A DNA stretch of 64,000 bases from a virus (IMGVR_UViG_3300032292_000618:1-64000); one strand, 5' to 3'. Positions 47,891-57,510 are shown, numbered from the stretch's first letter. Numbers and translations are program-made. Notes: generated by a model not told the origin, from the letters alone.

Positions 47891-48379
47891 ATGTTAGGAA
47901 TAATGCCTAAAGGAAAGAAAAGGTCAGAACATTACGTAAACAACAAAGAATTCCATCAAGCTCTTACTGAGTATAAAAGAAAAGTAATTCACGCCAAAAA
48001 AAATGATCTTCCTAAACCAAGGATTACAAATTATCTTGGAGAATGCTTTTTAAAAATTGCAACACATTTATCATATAAACCAAACTTTGTAAACTATATG
48101 TTCAAAGATGATATGATATGTGATGGAATAGAAAATTGTATTCAATACATTGATAACTTTGATGTTGAAAGAACAAATCCTTTTGCATATTTTACTCAAA
48201 TAGTTTACTATGCATTTCTAAGAAGAATTGCAAAAGAGAAAAAGCAACTTGAAATTAAAACCAAAATTATCGAAAGATCTGGATTTGATGAAGTATTCTT
48301 TGCAGATACTTCAGAATTAGGTTATGATTCTGCTAATATGAATAATATTAAAGATAATATTAATTATAGATTTTCATAA
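47891..48379 (+). CDS. gp55: Late-transcription sigma factor gp55
   Basis: HYVNNKEF, PNF.NY.F..DMI.DG.ENC, NPFAYFTQI. Confidence 0.95.
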   Translation: MLGIMPKGKKRSEHYVNNKEFHQALTEYKRKVIHAKKNDLPKPRITNYLGECFLKIATHLSYKPNFVNYMFKDDMICDGIENCIQYIDNFDVERTNPFAYFTQIVYYAFLRRIAKEKKQLEIKTKIIERSGFDEVFFADTSELGYDSANMNNIKDNINYRFS

Positions 48380-48402
48380 TAATACTAAGTGAATTTTTTA
48401 AA

Positions 48403-49431
48403 ATGCTAATAGCTATTATAACTGACACCCATTTTAATTTTAAAAAGGGAAATACGATATTTCATGATTACTTTGAGAAATTTTATAGCAAAGTATTTTT
48501 TCCAACACTAAAAAAATACAAAATTGATACTGTCATACACCTTGGTGATATTTTTGACAATCGTAAATCTACAGATTATTGGAGTATTGATTGGACAAAG
48601 AGAGTTATTTTAGAACCACTTAAAAAATATAAAGTTCATTTGGTTCTTGGTAATCATGACATCTTTTATAAGAATACAAATAAACTCAACAGTCCAGAAC
48701 TTTTAATTGGAAATTATAAGAACATTAACATATACACTAAACCATCTAATGTACATTTTGATGGACAGGAAGTGCTGTTTGTTCCCTGGATAACCTCAGA
48801 TGGGGAGTCTGAGACCCTCAGAGCAATACAAAACACTTCTGCTAGGGTTGCTATGGGACACCTTGAATTGTCAGGGTTTTATGCCCATAAAGGGCATGTT
48901 CAAGAAAATGGAAGAGACAAATCTATATTTGAAAAGTTTGATAGAGTATTTTCAGGACACTATCATACTAGAAGTGATGATGGAAAAATATATTATCTTG
49001 GCAATCCATATCAATTATATTGGAATGATTATTCTGATACTAGAGGATTTTCTATATTTGACACAGAAACACTTGAGATTATTAAAATAGATAATCCATA
49101 TCAAATGTTTAAAATTATCAATTATGTTGATGATATGTTTATTAATCTTGAAGATTATGAAAACTGCATGGTTAAGTTGATAGTAAATGAAAAGAAAGAT
49201 AAAGTTAAGTATGAAAAATTCTTAGACTTTTTATTGGAAGCAAATATTCAAGAACTTAAAATCATAGAAAATATTCAAATCAATCATGAATTTGATGCAT
49301 GTGAACATGTAGAGAATGAAGATACTCTATCTCTTCTGAAAAAATATGTTGATGAATCTGAAATTAAGTTAAATAAAAATAGAATAAAAACCTTGATACA
49401 ATCAATATATCAAGAATCATTTCAGATTTAA
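48403..49431 (+). CDS. gp47: Recombination endonuclease subunit gp47 (Mre11/SbcD-like)
   Basis: DTH, GD.FD, GNHD, GHLE and SGHYH metallophosphoesterase motifs. Confidence 0.93.
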   Translation: MLIAIITDTHFNFKKGNTIFHDYFEKFYSKVFFPTLKKYKIDTVIHLGDIFDNRKSTDYWSIDWTKRVILEPLKKYKVHLVLGNHDIFYKNTNKLNSPELLIGNYKNINIYTKPSNVHFDGQEVLFVPWITSDGESETLRAIQNTSARVAMGHLELSGFYAHKGHVQENGRDKSIFEKFDRVFSGHYHTRSDDGKIYYLGNPYQLYWNDYSDTRGFSIFDTETLEIIKIDNPYQMFKIINYVDDMFINLEDYENCMVKLIVNEKKDKVKYEKFLDFLLEANIQELKIIENIQINHEFDACEHVENEDTLSLLKKYVDESEIKLNKNRIKTLIQSIYQESFQI

Positions 49432-49432
49432 C

Positions 49433-49714
49433 ATGTATATATTAACAGTTTCAGATGAAGATCAAAACGGAGCATTTGCAGTAGAAAATAGAAACGGAGA
49501 AAAAGTTTTGTTTCTATTTGAGGAAGAAGATGATGCTGTTAGATATAAAATGATGTTAGAAGAATTAGATTATCCAGATATGGATATCATTGAAGTAAAT
49601 ACTGAAGTAGCTGTAGCAGCATGTGACCAATTAGATTATAGTTATGCTATAATCACCTCAGACGATATTGTTATTCCTCCTGATTATGATAAAGTTTCAA
49701 AAACTAAGATATAA
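49433..49714 (+). CDS. Conserved acidic hypothetical protein
   Basis: LFEEEDDA.RY motif; located between gp47 and gp46. Confidence 0.75.
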   Translation: MYILTVSDEDQNGAFAVENRNGEKVLFLFEEEDDAVRYKMMLEELDYPDMDIIEVNTEVAVAACDQLDYSYAIITSDDIVIPPDYDKVSKTKI

Positions 49715-51407
49715 AAATTTTCTTTCTTCTGGTAATTATTGGACAGAAATTAATCTATCAGAGAGTAATGCAACTTTAGTAGTTGGATATAATGGGGCTG
49801 GAAAGAGCACTATGTTAGATGCTCTTACATTCTCCTTGTTTAATAAACCTTTTAGGAAAATTAATAAAAATCAATTAGTCAACACTTGCAACGAAAAAGA
49901 TTGTAAGGTTGAAATTGAATTTACTGTTAGTGGAAAAAACTGGAAAATTATTAGAGGAATTAAACCAGCTATTTTTGAAATCTATAGAAATAATGTTTTA
50001 TTGGATCAGGCATCATCTTCAAATGATCAACAAAAGTGGATAGAACAGTCGCTATTAAAATTAAATTATAAATCCTTCACTCAGATTATAGTCTTAGGAT
50101 CTTCTAATTTTGTTCCATTCATGCAACTGTCTTCTCAACATAGAAGAGAAGTTGTGGAAGATTTACTTGACATTAAAGTATTTTCTTCTATGAATGATGT
50201 TGCAAAAGTAAAGATAAAAGAATTGCGAGATGAAGTTAGAGACTTTTCATATAAAAAAGAAAACCTTCAAGATAAAATTGATTCTCAATCTAACTTTATT
50301 TTAGAGTTGCAAAAAAGAACAGAACAAGATATAGAAAATAAATCTAATAGAGTATTAGAATTTGAAAATGAAATAATTAAGTTGGATACAAATATAGAAT
50401 CACTTCAGAAAAAAATTGAAGTGTTGAATAATGATCTTATTCTTCTTACTTATTCTGAAGATGACTTAACTAATCTTGAAAATTCTAATGCTGCTATTAA
50501 TCAAAAAATATCTTCTTTAATTGATGAGCATAAATTTTTTAAAAAGAATAGGGTTTGCCCTACATGCACTCAAAATATTGAAGAAGAATTTCGGTTAAAT
50601 AAAATTGAAACCATTGAGAGCAATGCAAAGGAAATTCAAGAAGATCAAAAACATCTTTTAAATTCTATTAAGTCGGAAAAGAAAAAACAAAATGAGTTCA
50701 TTCAAATTACTAAAGAGGTATCAAAATTAATCAATGACATTAATTTTAACAACGTTGAAATTTCTGGATTTAGAAAACAGATCAAAATTATTGAATCTGA
50801 AATTCAAACACTTACCTCCCAAAATCAAGACACAAATATTGAACATGAAAAATTAAAATCACTTAAAGAATCTTTAGAAGATTTACTTCAAGATATTTCT
50901 ACTAAAAAAGAAGAGCTTCAAAATTACGAATTTATCAATCTACTTCTTAAAGATGATGGGGCAAAATCTAAAATTATCAAAAAATACTTACCAATCATTA
51001 ATACTAATTTAAATAAGTATTTGGAAATTTTAGATTTCCCTGTTCATTTTGTTTTAGATGAAGAGTTCAATGAAAAGGCTTTAAACCCAAGTTATCAAGA
51101 TTTTTCTTATTCGTCTTTTTCCGAAGGAGAAAAAATGAGAATAGATCTTGCACTTTTGTTTACTTGGAGAGAAGTTGCCAAAATTAAAAATTCAATCAAC
51201 ACAAATTTATTAATTTTAGATGAGATATTTGATAGCTCACTGGATGAAGCTGGAACAGATTACTTTACTAAAATTATTAAATTTGTAATTAAAAATTCAA
51301 ATACATTTGTTATTTCTCATAAAGTAGATGATTTACTTGAAAAATTTGACAAGACAATTAGATTTGAAAAGAAAAAAGGATTCAGTATGATGGTTGACTC
51401 TAATTGA
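49686..51407 (+). CDS. gp46: Recombination ATPase gp46 (Rad50/SbcC-like)
   Basis: G.NGAGKST, CPTC zinc hook, FSEGEK signature, LILDE; start MIKFQKL preferred. Confidence 0.95.
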   Translation: MIKFQKLRYKNFLSSGNYWTEINLSESNATLVVGYNGAGKSTMLDALTFSLFNKPFRKINKNQLVNTCNEKDCKVEIEFTVSGKNWKIIRGIKPAIFEIYRNNVLLDQASSSNDQQKWIEQSLLKLNYKSFTQIIVLGSSNFVPFMQLSSQHRREVVEDLLDIKVFSSMNDVAKVKIKELRDEVRDFSYKKENLQDKIDSQSNFILELQKRTEQDIENKSNRVLEFENEIIKLDTNIESLQKKIEVLNNDLILLTYSEDDLTNLENSNAAINQKISSLIDEHKFFKKNRVCPTCTQNIEEEFRLNKIETIESNAKEIQEDQKHLLNSIKSEKKKQNEFIQITKEVSKLINDINFNNVEISGFRKQIKIIESEIQTLTSQNQDTNIEHEKLKSLKESLEDLLQDISTKKEELQNYEFINLLLKDDGAKSKIIKKYLPIINTNLNKYLEILDFPVHFVLDEEFNEKALNPSYQDFSYSSFSEGEKMRIDLALLFTWREVAKIKNSINTNLLILDEIFDSSLDEAGTDYFTKIIKFVIKNSNTFVISHKVDDLLEKFDKTIRFEKKKGFSMMVDSN

Positions 51408-51422
51408 TATAGGTGGTATTAT
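51394..51422 (+). promoter_or_regulatory. sigma70 promoter
   Basis: TTGACT-N17-TATTAT with extended -10 TG. Confidence 0.65.
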
Positions 51423-51449
51423 GATTACTGACAAATTATAAAATTTACT

Positions 51450-51986
51450 ATGTTTGGTCCTGATGATGAACAAAATTATGTAAGCATGACAAACAAAGGA
51501 TATAGAATGACTGCAGATGGATTTTGGTTTAAACCATCTAATAATCCAATTACCACAACCTCAGACAATCCTGAATTGGGTTGTTATAAACACACATATC
51601 CTGATGGATCTGTAAAATATACTCTTACAGAAATGCCAGATGACCCTCATACTTTTAATTTGAATATGACTGAAAATACTAATAAAAATGGATTTTGGAA
51701 ATATAATGAAGATAAAACTCTAAAAGATATTGAGCAGTATCTTGCCAGCACTTACAAGGCACATTATACTTCTGAACAGTCCAAGACTCAAACTCTTGAT
51801 CTGATTGAAAGTATTGGCGATGCTGAACCTTTTACAAGGTCTAATGCTATTAAATATCTTTCTAGATTTGGTAAAAAGAATGGAAAGTCAAGGCTTGATA
51901 TTTTGAAAGCAATCCATTACTGCATTCTTCTATATAACTTTGCTGGACTACACAATGAAACTAAGAGCACCTATGAAACTTTCTGA
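51450..51986 (+). CDS. DUF3310-like conserved phage protein with N-terminal extension
   Basis: Y..STY..HY, NAIKYL.R.GKK.G....DILKAIHY. Confidence 0.7.
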   Translation: MFGPDDEQNYVSMTNKGYRMTADGFWFKPSNNPITTTSDNPELGCYKHTYPDGSVKYTLTEMPDDPHTFNLNMTENTNKNGFWKYNEDKTLKDIEQYLASTYKAHYTSEQSKTQTLDLIESIGDAEPFTRSNAIKYLSRFGKKNGKSRLDILKAIHYCILLYNFAGLHNETKSTYETF

Positions 51987-52638
51987 AAATACTATTAATA
52001 TCCTGAAGAATTTTTCTTCTATTAATCAGTCTATTGTTTTTAAAGAAGGGTCTAAATTGAAGACTATTTCAGTAATGACTAATATCTTTGCTGAAGCAGA
52101 AGTGGAAGAAAGTTTTCCAAAAGATTTTGCAATCTATGATCTTAATCAATTTCTAAATGGACTAAATCTTCACCAAGATCCTGAACTGGATTTTGATAAT
52201 GAAAACTATCTTATTATTCGTGAAGGGAAGAGGAAGGTAAAATATTTTTATGCAGACCCTGAAGTGATTGTATCACCTCCAAATAGAGAGATGAAACTTC
52301 CATCTGAAGATGTCTGTTTTGAACTGGAGCATTCACAACTAGATAAACTTAAGAAAGCAGCATCAGTATATGATCTTGATGATCTTTCTGTTGTTGGAGA
52401 GTCTGGTGTAATTAGACTTGTTGTTAGAGATAAAAAGAATGATACATCTAATGAGTTTTCAATTGTTGTTGGTGAAACTTTAAATACATTTGTGTTTAAT
52501 TTTAAAGTAGAAAACATTAAAATTATTCCTGGTTGCTATAGTGTAATTATTTCAGAAAAGAATGTTGCCAAATTCACTAACGAAAAATACAATCTAACAT
52601 ACTTTATTGCTCTTGAACCAGATTCAACCTTTGAATGA
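51973..52638 (+). CDS. gp45: Sliding clamp gp45
   Basis: MKLS..T..ILKNFS.IN, FAIYDLN.FL, Y.IALE. Confidence 0.93.
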   Translation: MKLSENTINILKNFSSINQSIVFKEGSKLKTISVMTNIFAEAEVEESFPKDFAIYDLNQFLNGLNLHQDPELDFDNENYLIIREGKRKVKYFYADPEVIVSPPNREMKLPSEDVCFELEHSQLDKLKKAASVYDLDDLSVVGESGVIRLVVRDKKNDTSNEFSIVVGETLNTFVFNFKVENIKIIPGCYSVIISEKNVAKFTNEKYNLTYFIALEPDSTFE

Positions 52639-52781
52639 AATTTAGAGTAAGATACCAACTTCCAAAAGATTCTAGATATCTAGAACTTATTGTTGAAGCA
52701 AATAATCAGTGCCATGCAGTTAAAGTATCTCAGGCACAAATACCTTCAGCAAGAATAGTTGGAGGACCCCAACCAGTTTAA
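52635..52781 (+). CDS. Small hypothetical protein (48 aa, MKFRVRYQLP...), not in the ORF track
   Basis: ATGA overlap with the gp45 stop; fills the gap before gp44. Confidence 0.65.
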   Translation: MKFRVRYQLPKDSRYLELIVEANNQCHAVKVSQAQIPSARIVGGPQPV

Positions 52782-52797
52782 TCCTGATTTTTAAATT

Positions 52798-53745
52798 ATG
52801 AGTCGTGACCAATTTCTTTGGGTTGAAAAATATAGACCCAAAACAATTAAAGATTGTATTTTGCCAGATGCCATCAAACAAACATTTCAAAAGTTTGTAG
52901 ATGCTGGAGAAGTTCCAAATCTTCTCCTATCTGGTCCTGCTGGATGTGGTAAGACTACAGTGGCAAAGGCATTGTGTAATGAATTAGGAGTAGATTTTTA
53001 CATCATTAATGGATCAGATGAAGGAAGATTTCTAGATACAGTTAGAAATCAGGCAAAGAATTTTGCATCAACAGTCTCCCTTCAGGGAAATGGAAAACCA
53101 AAAGTTATTATCATTGATGAAGCTGATAATACTACTACTGATGTGCAACTACTTCTTAGAGCTAATATAGAAACTTTTTATAATAATTGTAGATTTATTT
53201 TTACATGTAATTATAAAAATAAGATCATTGATCCTCTCCATTCTAGATGTGCAGTTGTTGATTTTGCTATTAAGACTAAAGAAAAAGTTTCTCTAGCAGA
53301 ATCATTTTTCATTCGTCTGCAGACTATTTTGGATAAAGAATCTGTAAAATATGATCCAAAAGTTATTGCACAACTGATCAATAAGCACTTCCCAGATTGG
53401 AGAAGAGTTTTAAATGAATGTCAAAGATATTCAGTTGGTGGATCTATTGATTCTGCAATCCTTGCATCCTTTAGTAATGTAAAACTAAATGATCTAGTCA
53501 AACATTTGAAGGAAAAGAACTTTGGTGAAGTTCGTAAATGGGTTGTAGAAAATTTGGATAATGATGCAGGCATTGTTCTTCGTAATGTTTATGATGCCTT
53601 GTATGATAAATTAGATGGTTCTGGAATTGCTGCTGCAGTTCTTATTATTGCTAAGTACCAGTACCAAAGCGCATTTGTGGCAGACCAAGAAATAAATATT
53701 CTTGCTGCCCTTACAGAAATTATGGTGGAGTGTAATTTTAAATGA
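52798..53745 (+). CDS. gp44: Clamp loader large subunit gp44
   Basis: WVEKYRP, GPAGCGKTT, IIDEAD, SRC. Confidence 0.95.
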   Translation: MSRDQFLWVEKYRPKTIKDCILPDAIKQTFQKFVDAGEVPNLLLSGPAGCGKTTVAKALCNELGVDFYIINGSDEGRFLDTVRNQAKNFASTVSLQGNGKPKVIIIDEADNTTTDVQLLLRANIETFYNNCRFIFTCNYKNKIIDPLHSRCAVVDFAIKTKEKVSLAESFFIRLQTILDKESVKYDPKVIAQLINKHFPDWRRVLNECQRYSVGGSIDSAILASFSNVKLNDLVKHLKEKNFGEVRKWVVENLDNDAGIVLRNVYDALYDKLDGSGIAAAVLIIAKYQYQSAFVADQEINILAALTEIMVECNFK

Positions 53746-54029
53746 ATGTAAAACTTGTTAGATTTTCTTTTGGTCAAGAAGTAATTGCAGAACTTATTGA
53801 AGAGTTCGATACTTATATTATTATTAAGGATGCTCTTGCAGCAGTTCCTACAGGGCAAGGACAACTTGGATTTGTTCCTTGGGCACCAATTATCAGTAAG
53901 ACAGATAATCAATTAACTATTGGCAAATCATTTGTTGTTTATATTGCAACACCAGATGATGATGTCATCAAGTATCATAAAAGTGTTTTTGGTAGAGTCA
54001 TTACTACAGAAAAATCTTTGATTCTATGA
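53742..54029 (+). CDS. Hypothetical protein, Sm-like fold candidate
   Basis: VKLVRFSFGQEVIAE...GFVPWAP. Confidence 0.7.
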   Translation: MNVKLVRFSFGQEVIAELIEEFDTYIIIKDALAAVPTGQGQLGFVPWAPIISKTDNQLTIGKSFVVYIATPDDDVIKYHKSVFGRVITTEKSLIL

Positions 54030-54235
54030 ACCCTTATAAAATTTCATATAAACATCTAAAAGAACCTGTAGTGAAAACTACTCCAGAAAATGTCAGAGAA
54101 GCAAATGAATGTTTATTTCGTGCTAAAATGACCCTTCCTGCTGCTGCAAACCATTGTGGTATGACGCAGAAGGAAATGAAACTCACATTTTGGGAATATT
54201 TAAAATATCATAAACCTGATTATGAAGGAACTTAA
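54026..54235 (+). CDS. Conserved small hypothetical protein (HTH-like)
   Basis: TTPENV.EAN..LF...M.LP.AA..CGM. Confidence 0.7.
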   Translation: MNPYKISYKHLKEPVVKTTPENVREANECLFRAKMTLPAAANHCGMTQKEMKLTFWEYLKYHKPDYEGT

Positions 54236-55052
54236 GACACCATTACGCTACCCTGGAGGAAAATCCAGAGCAGTGCAAAAACTAGCACAATACTTTCCTA
54301 ATCTTAGAGATTGTTATGGAGAGTTTCGTGAACCATTTCTTGGCGGTGGAAGTGTTGCAATTTACATCACCAAGATGTTTCCTTTGTTAGATATTTGGGT
54401 AAATGACCTTTATGAACCATTGGTAAACTTCTGGCAGCAACTCCAGATGTTTGGATATGATCTACAGAGCGAATTAGTTGATTGTAAACTTGCTTACAAT
54501 ACTCCAGAATTAGCAAGAGAATTATTTACAAAGTCAAAGGAGCATATCAATGATGAGTCTGAAACTAACTTTAATCGTGCTGTCGCTTTCTATATTGTTA
54601 ACAAATGTTCTTTTAGTGGTCTTACCGAAAGTTCATCTTTTTCTGCACAAGCAAGTAGTTCCAATTTCTCCTTGAGGGGAATCTACAAATTGCGAGAATA
54701 CTCAGAGTTGATTGCAAATTGGCGTATTACTAATTACTCCTATGATTACCTCATGGATGGAGACACAGGTGCTTTTATGTATCTTGACCCTCCTTATGAT
54801 ATTAAGGATAATCTCTATGGGAACAGAGGATCAATGCACAAAGGATTTGATCACGATAAGTTTGCTGCTGATTGTGATTCTAATAATATGGATATGATGG
54901 TCAGTTATAATTCAACTCAGTTGATCAAAGAAAGATTTAATACATGGAAAGCAATTGAATTTGCTCATACTTATACTATGAGATCAGTTGGAGAATACAT
55001 GAAAGACCAACATGAACGAAAAGAATTAGTTCTTATTAATTATGAAGTATGA
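54222..55052 (+). CDS. dam: DNA adenine methyltransferase (Dam family)
   Basis: LRYPGGKS, EPF.GGGSV, DPPY. Confidence 0.9.
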   Translation: MKELKTPLRYPGGKSRAVQKLAQYFPNLRDCYGEFREPFLGGGSVAIYITKMFPLLDIWVNDLYEPLVNFWQQLQMFGYDLQSELVDCKLAYNTPELARELFTKSKEHINDESETNFNRAVAFYIVNKCSFSGLTESSSFSAQASSSNFSLRGIYKLREYSELIANWRITNYSYDYLMDGDTGAFMYLDPPYDIKDNLYGNRGSMHKGFDHDKFAADCDSNNMDMMVSYNSTQLIKERFNTWKAIEFAHTYTMRSVGEYMKDQHERKELVLINYEV

Positions 55053-55428
55053 ATTGAAAGATTGGTTGAATTCAATTAATCAAACTAAAAAACATATTAT
55101 GGATGAAGATCCTTCTTCTACTAAAGAGTACTCTCCATATATTATTAACAAGTGTTTATCTGGTCACATTGATTGTCTGATGTATGTTAATGAACTCAAT
55201 AAGAATCATTCATTAGACAAAAAGTTACAATATGATTTTCTTATAAATATTCTCAGGATCAAAAAGAGATATTCTCCTTGGATTCGTAAGGATAAACTTA
55301 AAGATATTGATTTAGTTAAATCTTACTATGGGTATAGTAAAGATAAAGCAGAACAAGCTTTGAAAATTCTGACTAAAGACCAACTTAATTTTATAACACA
55401 GAAACTTGAAATTGGAGGAACAAAATGA
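55042..55428 (+). CDS. gp62: Clamp loader small subunit gp62
   Basis: L.SIN.TK, PYIINKCLS, QYDFL, YYGYS..KA. Confidence 0.88.
   Translation: MKYELKDWLNSINQTKKHIMDEDPSSTKEYSPYIINKCLSGHIDCLMYVNELNKNHSLDKKLQYDFLINILRIKKRYSPWIRKDKLKDIDLVKSYYGYSKDKAEQALKILTKDQLNFITQKLEIGGTK
55242..55249 (+). promoter_or_regulatory. Late promoter inside gp62, upstream of regA
   Basis: Perfect TATAAATA. Confidence 0.5.
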
Positions 55429-55865
55429 GTGTTGTTCAAGAACCTGAAGTGAATTGGACTCCAGACCAAATGGTGGAAGTAGTCCTAAATGAACCCGATG
55501 ACTTTTTGAAGGTTCGTGAGACACTTACTCGTATTGGAGTAGCATCTAGAAAGGAAAAAAAGATTTATCAATCTTGCCATATTCTACATAAGCAAGGTAG
55601 ATATTATCTGGTGCATTTCAAAGAGTTGTTTGCTCTTGATGGCAAACATGCAAATCTTACTGTCAATGATGTTCAGAGACGTAATAGGATTGCACAACTT
55701 CTTGCTGATTGGGGATTAATTACTATTGTAGATGTAAATAAAATTTCTGATATTGCCCCACTTAACCAGATTAAAGTCCTTTCATATAAGGAAAAAAATG
55801 AATGGACTCTTGAGACCAAATATAATATTGGGTCAAAAAAGAAAAAGGTAGAGGTAACAGAATAA
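55425..55865 (+). CDS. regA: Translational repressor RegA
   Basis: DDFLKVRETLTRIG, QSCHILHKQG.YY.VHFKELF. Confidence 0.95.
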   Translation: MSVVQEPEVNWTPDQMVEVVLNEPDDFLKVRETLTRIGVASRKEKKIYQSCHILHKQGRYYLVHFKELFALDGKHANLTVNDVQRRNRIAQLLADWGLITIVDVNKISDIAPLNQIKVLSYKEKNEWTLETKYNIGSKKKKVEVTE

Positions 55866-55871
55866 TTTTGT

Positions 55872-55895
55872 AGGGGGTTCAACACCCCCTTTTTT
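55872..55895 (+). terminator. Rho-independent terminator after regA
   Basis: AGGGGG-loop-CCCCCT followed by a T run. Confidence 0.7.
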
Positions 55896-55919
55896 ATTGA
55901 ATGTGTTATAATTAGTATT

Positions 55920-55973
55920 GGATGCCTTAGGGGTCCACAAAACACAAACTCGCTTTTTAAGGAGATTACTATA
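55920..55973 (+). promoter_or_regulatory. Structured hsp20 5' UTR, ROSE-like RNA thermometer
   Basis: Extended -10 TGtTATAAT (55904-55912), 5' hairpin, and UCGCU pairing with the AAGGAG SD. Confidence 0.55.
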
Positions 55974-56408
55974 ATGACAAGTCTTGCTAGATACACTGCG
56001 TCTGATCTTCCTACACTAATGGATAAGATTACACGCAATAGTATTGGACTGGATGAATACTTTGATCGCTTATTTAATCTACATGAAACTTCTTCAAATT
56101 ATCCACCGTATAATCTGATTCAAGTTAGTGCTGTAGAATCTAGACTTGAATTAGCACTTGCAGGATTTAAGAAATCTGAAATTACAGTTTACACTGAGTA
56201 TGGTAAACTATTTGTAGAAGGTGATAGAGAAGATAAAGGATCTTCAGATTCTTATATTCATAGAGGAGTTGGACAAAGATCCTTTAAGAGGGCATGGTCA
56301 CTTTCTGATGATACAGAAGTTAGAGAAGTAATTTTTGAAGATGGACTACTTACCATTACACTAGGAAAAGTTGTTCCTGAACATCATGCTCGTAAAAATT
56401 ATCTATAA
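55974..56408 (+). CDS. hsp20: Small heat-shock protein Hsp20 (IbpA-like)
   Basis: NYPPYN, ELALAGF, YIHRG...RSF.R, F.DGLL.I. Confidence 0.93.
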   Translation: MTSLARYTASDLPTLMDKITRNSIGLDEYFDRLFNLHETSSNYPPYNLIQVSAVESRLELALAGFKKSEITVYTEYGKLFVEGDREDKGSSDSYIHRGVGQRSFKRAWSLSDDTEVREVIFEDGLLTITLGKVVPEHHARKNYL

Positions 56409-56411
56409 ATA

Positions 56412-56472
56412 TTATTGAATATCGTCGCCGCTGGGGGAAGGATGACTAAGACCATCCTGTTCCCCCCTTTTT
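56412..56472 (+). ncRNA. Candidate late small RNA / structured element ending in a terminator hairpin
   Basis: TATAAATA at 56404-56411, GC-rich leader ATCGTCGCCGC, hairpin 56433-56466, T run. Confidence 0.4.
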
Positions 56473-56495
56473 ATAAATACCTATAAAAAGGATTA

Positions 56496-57215
56496 ATGAA
56501 GAATTATAAGACTTTCCTTGAAGAATCAATATCATTTAGAGTTCATGATAAATTAAATCCTGCTTTCTGGAATGGGGAAAAAATAAAACCAGAGGTAAGA
56601 TCTCATTTGTTAAAAGTTGCTCAGGCTTGGGCAGATTTTGTTGATATAAAGAAGTCAAAGGTTAAAGACATTCTTCTTCTTGGTGGAAATGCTGGATATA
56701 ATTATACTAAGTACTCTGATTTAGATCTTCATATAGTTGCTGATACAAAATCTTGCCCAGATGTAATGTCTGATTACTATCAGGCCAAGAAGCAACTTTG
56801 GTCTTTGACTCATAATGTAAAAGTGTATGGACATGATGTAGAACCATATGTTGAAGAGCCTGGGAAGGATAGAAGAAAAAGTCAAGGAGTCTTTTCTTTA
56901 AAGTCAAATAAATGGTTAATTAAACCTGAAAAGTTTTCTGGAGAACTGGACAAGGACTTGCTAAATCAGAAGGTCAATGATATGATTGGTAAGATCAATA
57001 GGTCTATCCAGTCATCAAACAATGAGGAGGTTTTAGAAAAACTTCTGAAAAAAATTAGAGATATGAGAAACTCTGGGTTGGATAAAGCAGGAGAATATGC
57101 CTTTGAAAATCTTGTTTTTAAAGAACTTAGAAATAAGGGGTATATAGATAAACTTGCAACCTATATTTTAAAACTGCAAGATAAATCACTTACATTGGAG
57201 AACTATGTCAGTTAA
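56496..57215 (+). CDS. Pol-beta superfamily nucleotidyltransferase with capsid-targeting-like N-terminus
   Basis: LLGGNAGYNYTKYSDLDLH (GG..DxD), third acid in VEPYVE; starts MKNYKTFLEE; TATAAATA at 56472-56479. Confidence 0.75.
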   Translation: MKNYKTFLEESISFRVHDKLNPAFWNGEKIKPEVRSHLLKVAQAWADFVDIKKSKVKDILLLGGNAGYNYTKYSDLDLHIVADTKSCPDVMSDYYQAKKQLWSLTHNVKVYGHDVEPYVEEPGKDRRKSQGVFSLKSNKWLIKPEKFSGELDKDLLNQKVNDMIGKINRSIQSSNNEEVLEKLLKKIRDMRNSGLDKAGEYAFENLVFKELRNKGYIDKLATYILKLQDKSLTLENYVS

Positions 57216-57510
57216 ACTTTTGATTCTTAAATCATACGAAGATGTTATTGCTGATGTCAAAGAAATGATGTCTGGCGATAAAGTAATTGGTTATTTGCTC
57301 AATAATCCATTTATTACTAAACTAGAGCAAGGTCTAGAAGGTGAATCTGCAAAGGTAAGTTTTTACCCATATGCAGCATTGTCAAAGCAAAAGGAAATTC
57401 CTATTCCTTGTGATTGGGTAGTTTCTATTGTGGAACCTTTGGACGAAGTTAAACAATCTTATTTGGAACAATTTAATGCAGAACCTCAAGATTTTACTCC
57501 TGAAGAATGA
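57205..57510 (+). CDS. Conserved hypothetical protein, Sm-like fold candidate
   Basis: VKLLILKSYEDVIAD...WVVSIVEP. Confidence 0.75.
   Translation: MSVKLLILKSYEDVIADVKEMMSGDKVIGYLLNNPFITKLEQGLEGESAKVSFYPYAALSKQKEIPIPCDWVVSIVEPLDEVKQSYLEQFNAEPQDFTPEE

Noticed and set aside
50590-50860. Possible nested +1 gene in the gp46 coiled coil behind a TTAAATA box
   Set aside because: The frame is broken by several stops into pieces of 40 codons or fewer
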